Positions 63,466 through 64,000 of a stretch of DNA of 64,000 nt are shown here, one piece after another. This stretch comes from Candidatus Vogelbacteria bacterium (GTDB taxonomy: Bacteria; Patescibacteriota; Minisyncoccia; Phycocordibacterales; JACRKE01): contig JACRKE010000037.1 of NCBI GenBank assembly GCA_016215335.1, positions 2,924 through 66,923 on the forward strand. Reading direction: 5' to 3'. The notes beneath the pieces were generated by a model, which was given only the letters and a program-made list of their open reading frames with translations, had not been told where the DNA came from and did no database searches. The position numbers and the translations under genes are program-made. Each line of letters begins with the position of its first letter. The stretch's first letter is position 1.

Positions 63466-63502
63466 CCCATCTACTTGGAAGCTCGGCTTCCAAGTAGATG
63501 GG
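63466..63502. repeat. REP-like palindrome copy (CCCATCTACTTGGAAGC-TCGG-CTTCCAAGTAGATGGG)
   Basis: 16-bp perfect stem, 13 nt downstream of the transposase stop. Confidence 0.8.
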
Positions 63503-63520
63503 TATAGGAGTTTTAACAAT

Positions 63521-63994
63521 ATGAATCACGAGCTTTGTTTGATACTGCATAACATTCGGAGCGTTTATAATGTTGGGGCGATTTTCCGTACCGCTGATGC
63601 TTGTGGTGTGGCTAAGATTTATCTAACTGGCTACACACCAACGCCACTTGATCGCTTTGGCTTGTCGCGAAAGGATCTACATAAAGCGGCGCTTGGAGCG
63701 GAAAAAAGTGTAGCTTGGGAGCAGATTAAATCACCAACCCGGCTTGTCCTCAGACTTAAGTCAGAAGGCTTAGAAATTCTTGCACTTGAGCAATCTCCTA
63801 AGTCTGTTGATTATAAAAATTCCGAATTAACCAAAAGCTCTGCATTGATTATAGGAAATGAGGTTAGGGGAGTCTCTGAATCTTTACTAGAGAAGTGCGA
63901 CAAAATTTTAGAAATCCCGATGCGGGGCAAGAAGGAGTCTTTGAACGTTTCTGTTGCTACTGGGATACTGTTGGCTCGTCTATTAAATCTGTAG
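63521..63994 (+). CDS. SpoU/TrmH-family RNA 2'-O-methyltransferase (TrmL-like)
   Basis: 157 aa; SPOUT motifs (NVGAIFRTADACG, IGNEVRGVS, ESLNVSVATGILLARL); size fits TrmL. Confidence 0.6.
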   Translation: MNHELCLILHNIRSVYNVGAIFRTADACGVAKIYLTGYTPTPLDRFGLSRKDLHKAALGAEKSVAWEQIKSPTRLVLRLKSEGLEILALEQSPKSVDYKNSELTKSSALIIGNEVRGVSESLLEKCDKILEIPMRGKKESLNVSVATGILLARLLNL

Positions 63995-64000
63995 TGCTAG

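Noticed and set aside
1-64000. Alternative genetic code (UGA or UAG reassignment) as seen in some CPR lineages
   Set aside because: Long conserved genes (polA, PBP1A, dnaA, virB4-like, the 1314-aa surface protein) are uninterrupted under the standard code. The few stop-adjacent oddities (VirB4 split, TAG inside cassette repeats) are local.

Overview
This is a 64-kb window of a low-GC (about 40-45% by eye) bacterial chromosome read with the standard code. PolA, PBP1A, DnaA, the VirB4-like ATPase and a 1314-aa surface protein are all uninterrupted ORFs, which argues against stop-codon reassignment.

Core content:
- Replication-origin neighbourhood: rpmH-rnpA-yidC on the minus strand, divergent dnaA-dnaN, and DnaA-box-like 9-mers in both flanking spacers.
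- DNA repair and recombination: uvrD/pcrA, ruvB-yebC-ruvC, polA, comM/yifB.
- Envelope genes: PBP1A, a LysM-M23 peptidase, yidC.
- Others: tyrS, rsmA, tsaE, a trmL-like methyltransferase, pilB, and tRNA-Lys(UUU).

Accessory content:
- A conjugation/T4SS-like cluster: PrgI-like protein, a two-ORF VirB4-like ATPase, a VirB6-like polytopic protein, several secreted or membrane proteins, and a distal VirD4/TraG-like coupling ATPase.
- Three 'large glycine-zipper/coiled-coil protein + small acidic ~100-aa paralogue' gene pairs next to the VirD4-like gene.
- A HepT/MNT toxin-antitoxin pair bracketed by ~40-nt direct repeats.
- An IS200/RAYT-like HUH transposase flanked by inverted copies of a REP-like hairpin that also occurs at two other sites.
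- A ~1.3-kb GC-rich island with its own consensus sigma70 promoter and strong Shine-Dalgarno, plus a smaller GC-rich patch near 5.3-6.1 kb.
- Dispersed short-repeat families: CTACAAC-type heptamer arrays (some in frame inside uvrD and rsmA), and a TAGTATATAG(GGG) motif that abuts start codons.
- Two giant surface proteins.

Most genes lack a Shine-Dalgarno. The gene content and style resemble reduced-genome CPR/Patescibacteria-like bacteria, but that is inference only.

The six-frame track renders TTG/GTG starts as M, so several listed ORF starts are probably not the true starts.
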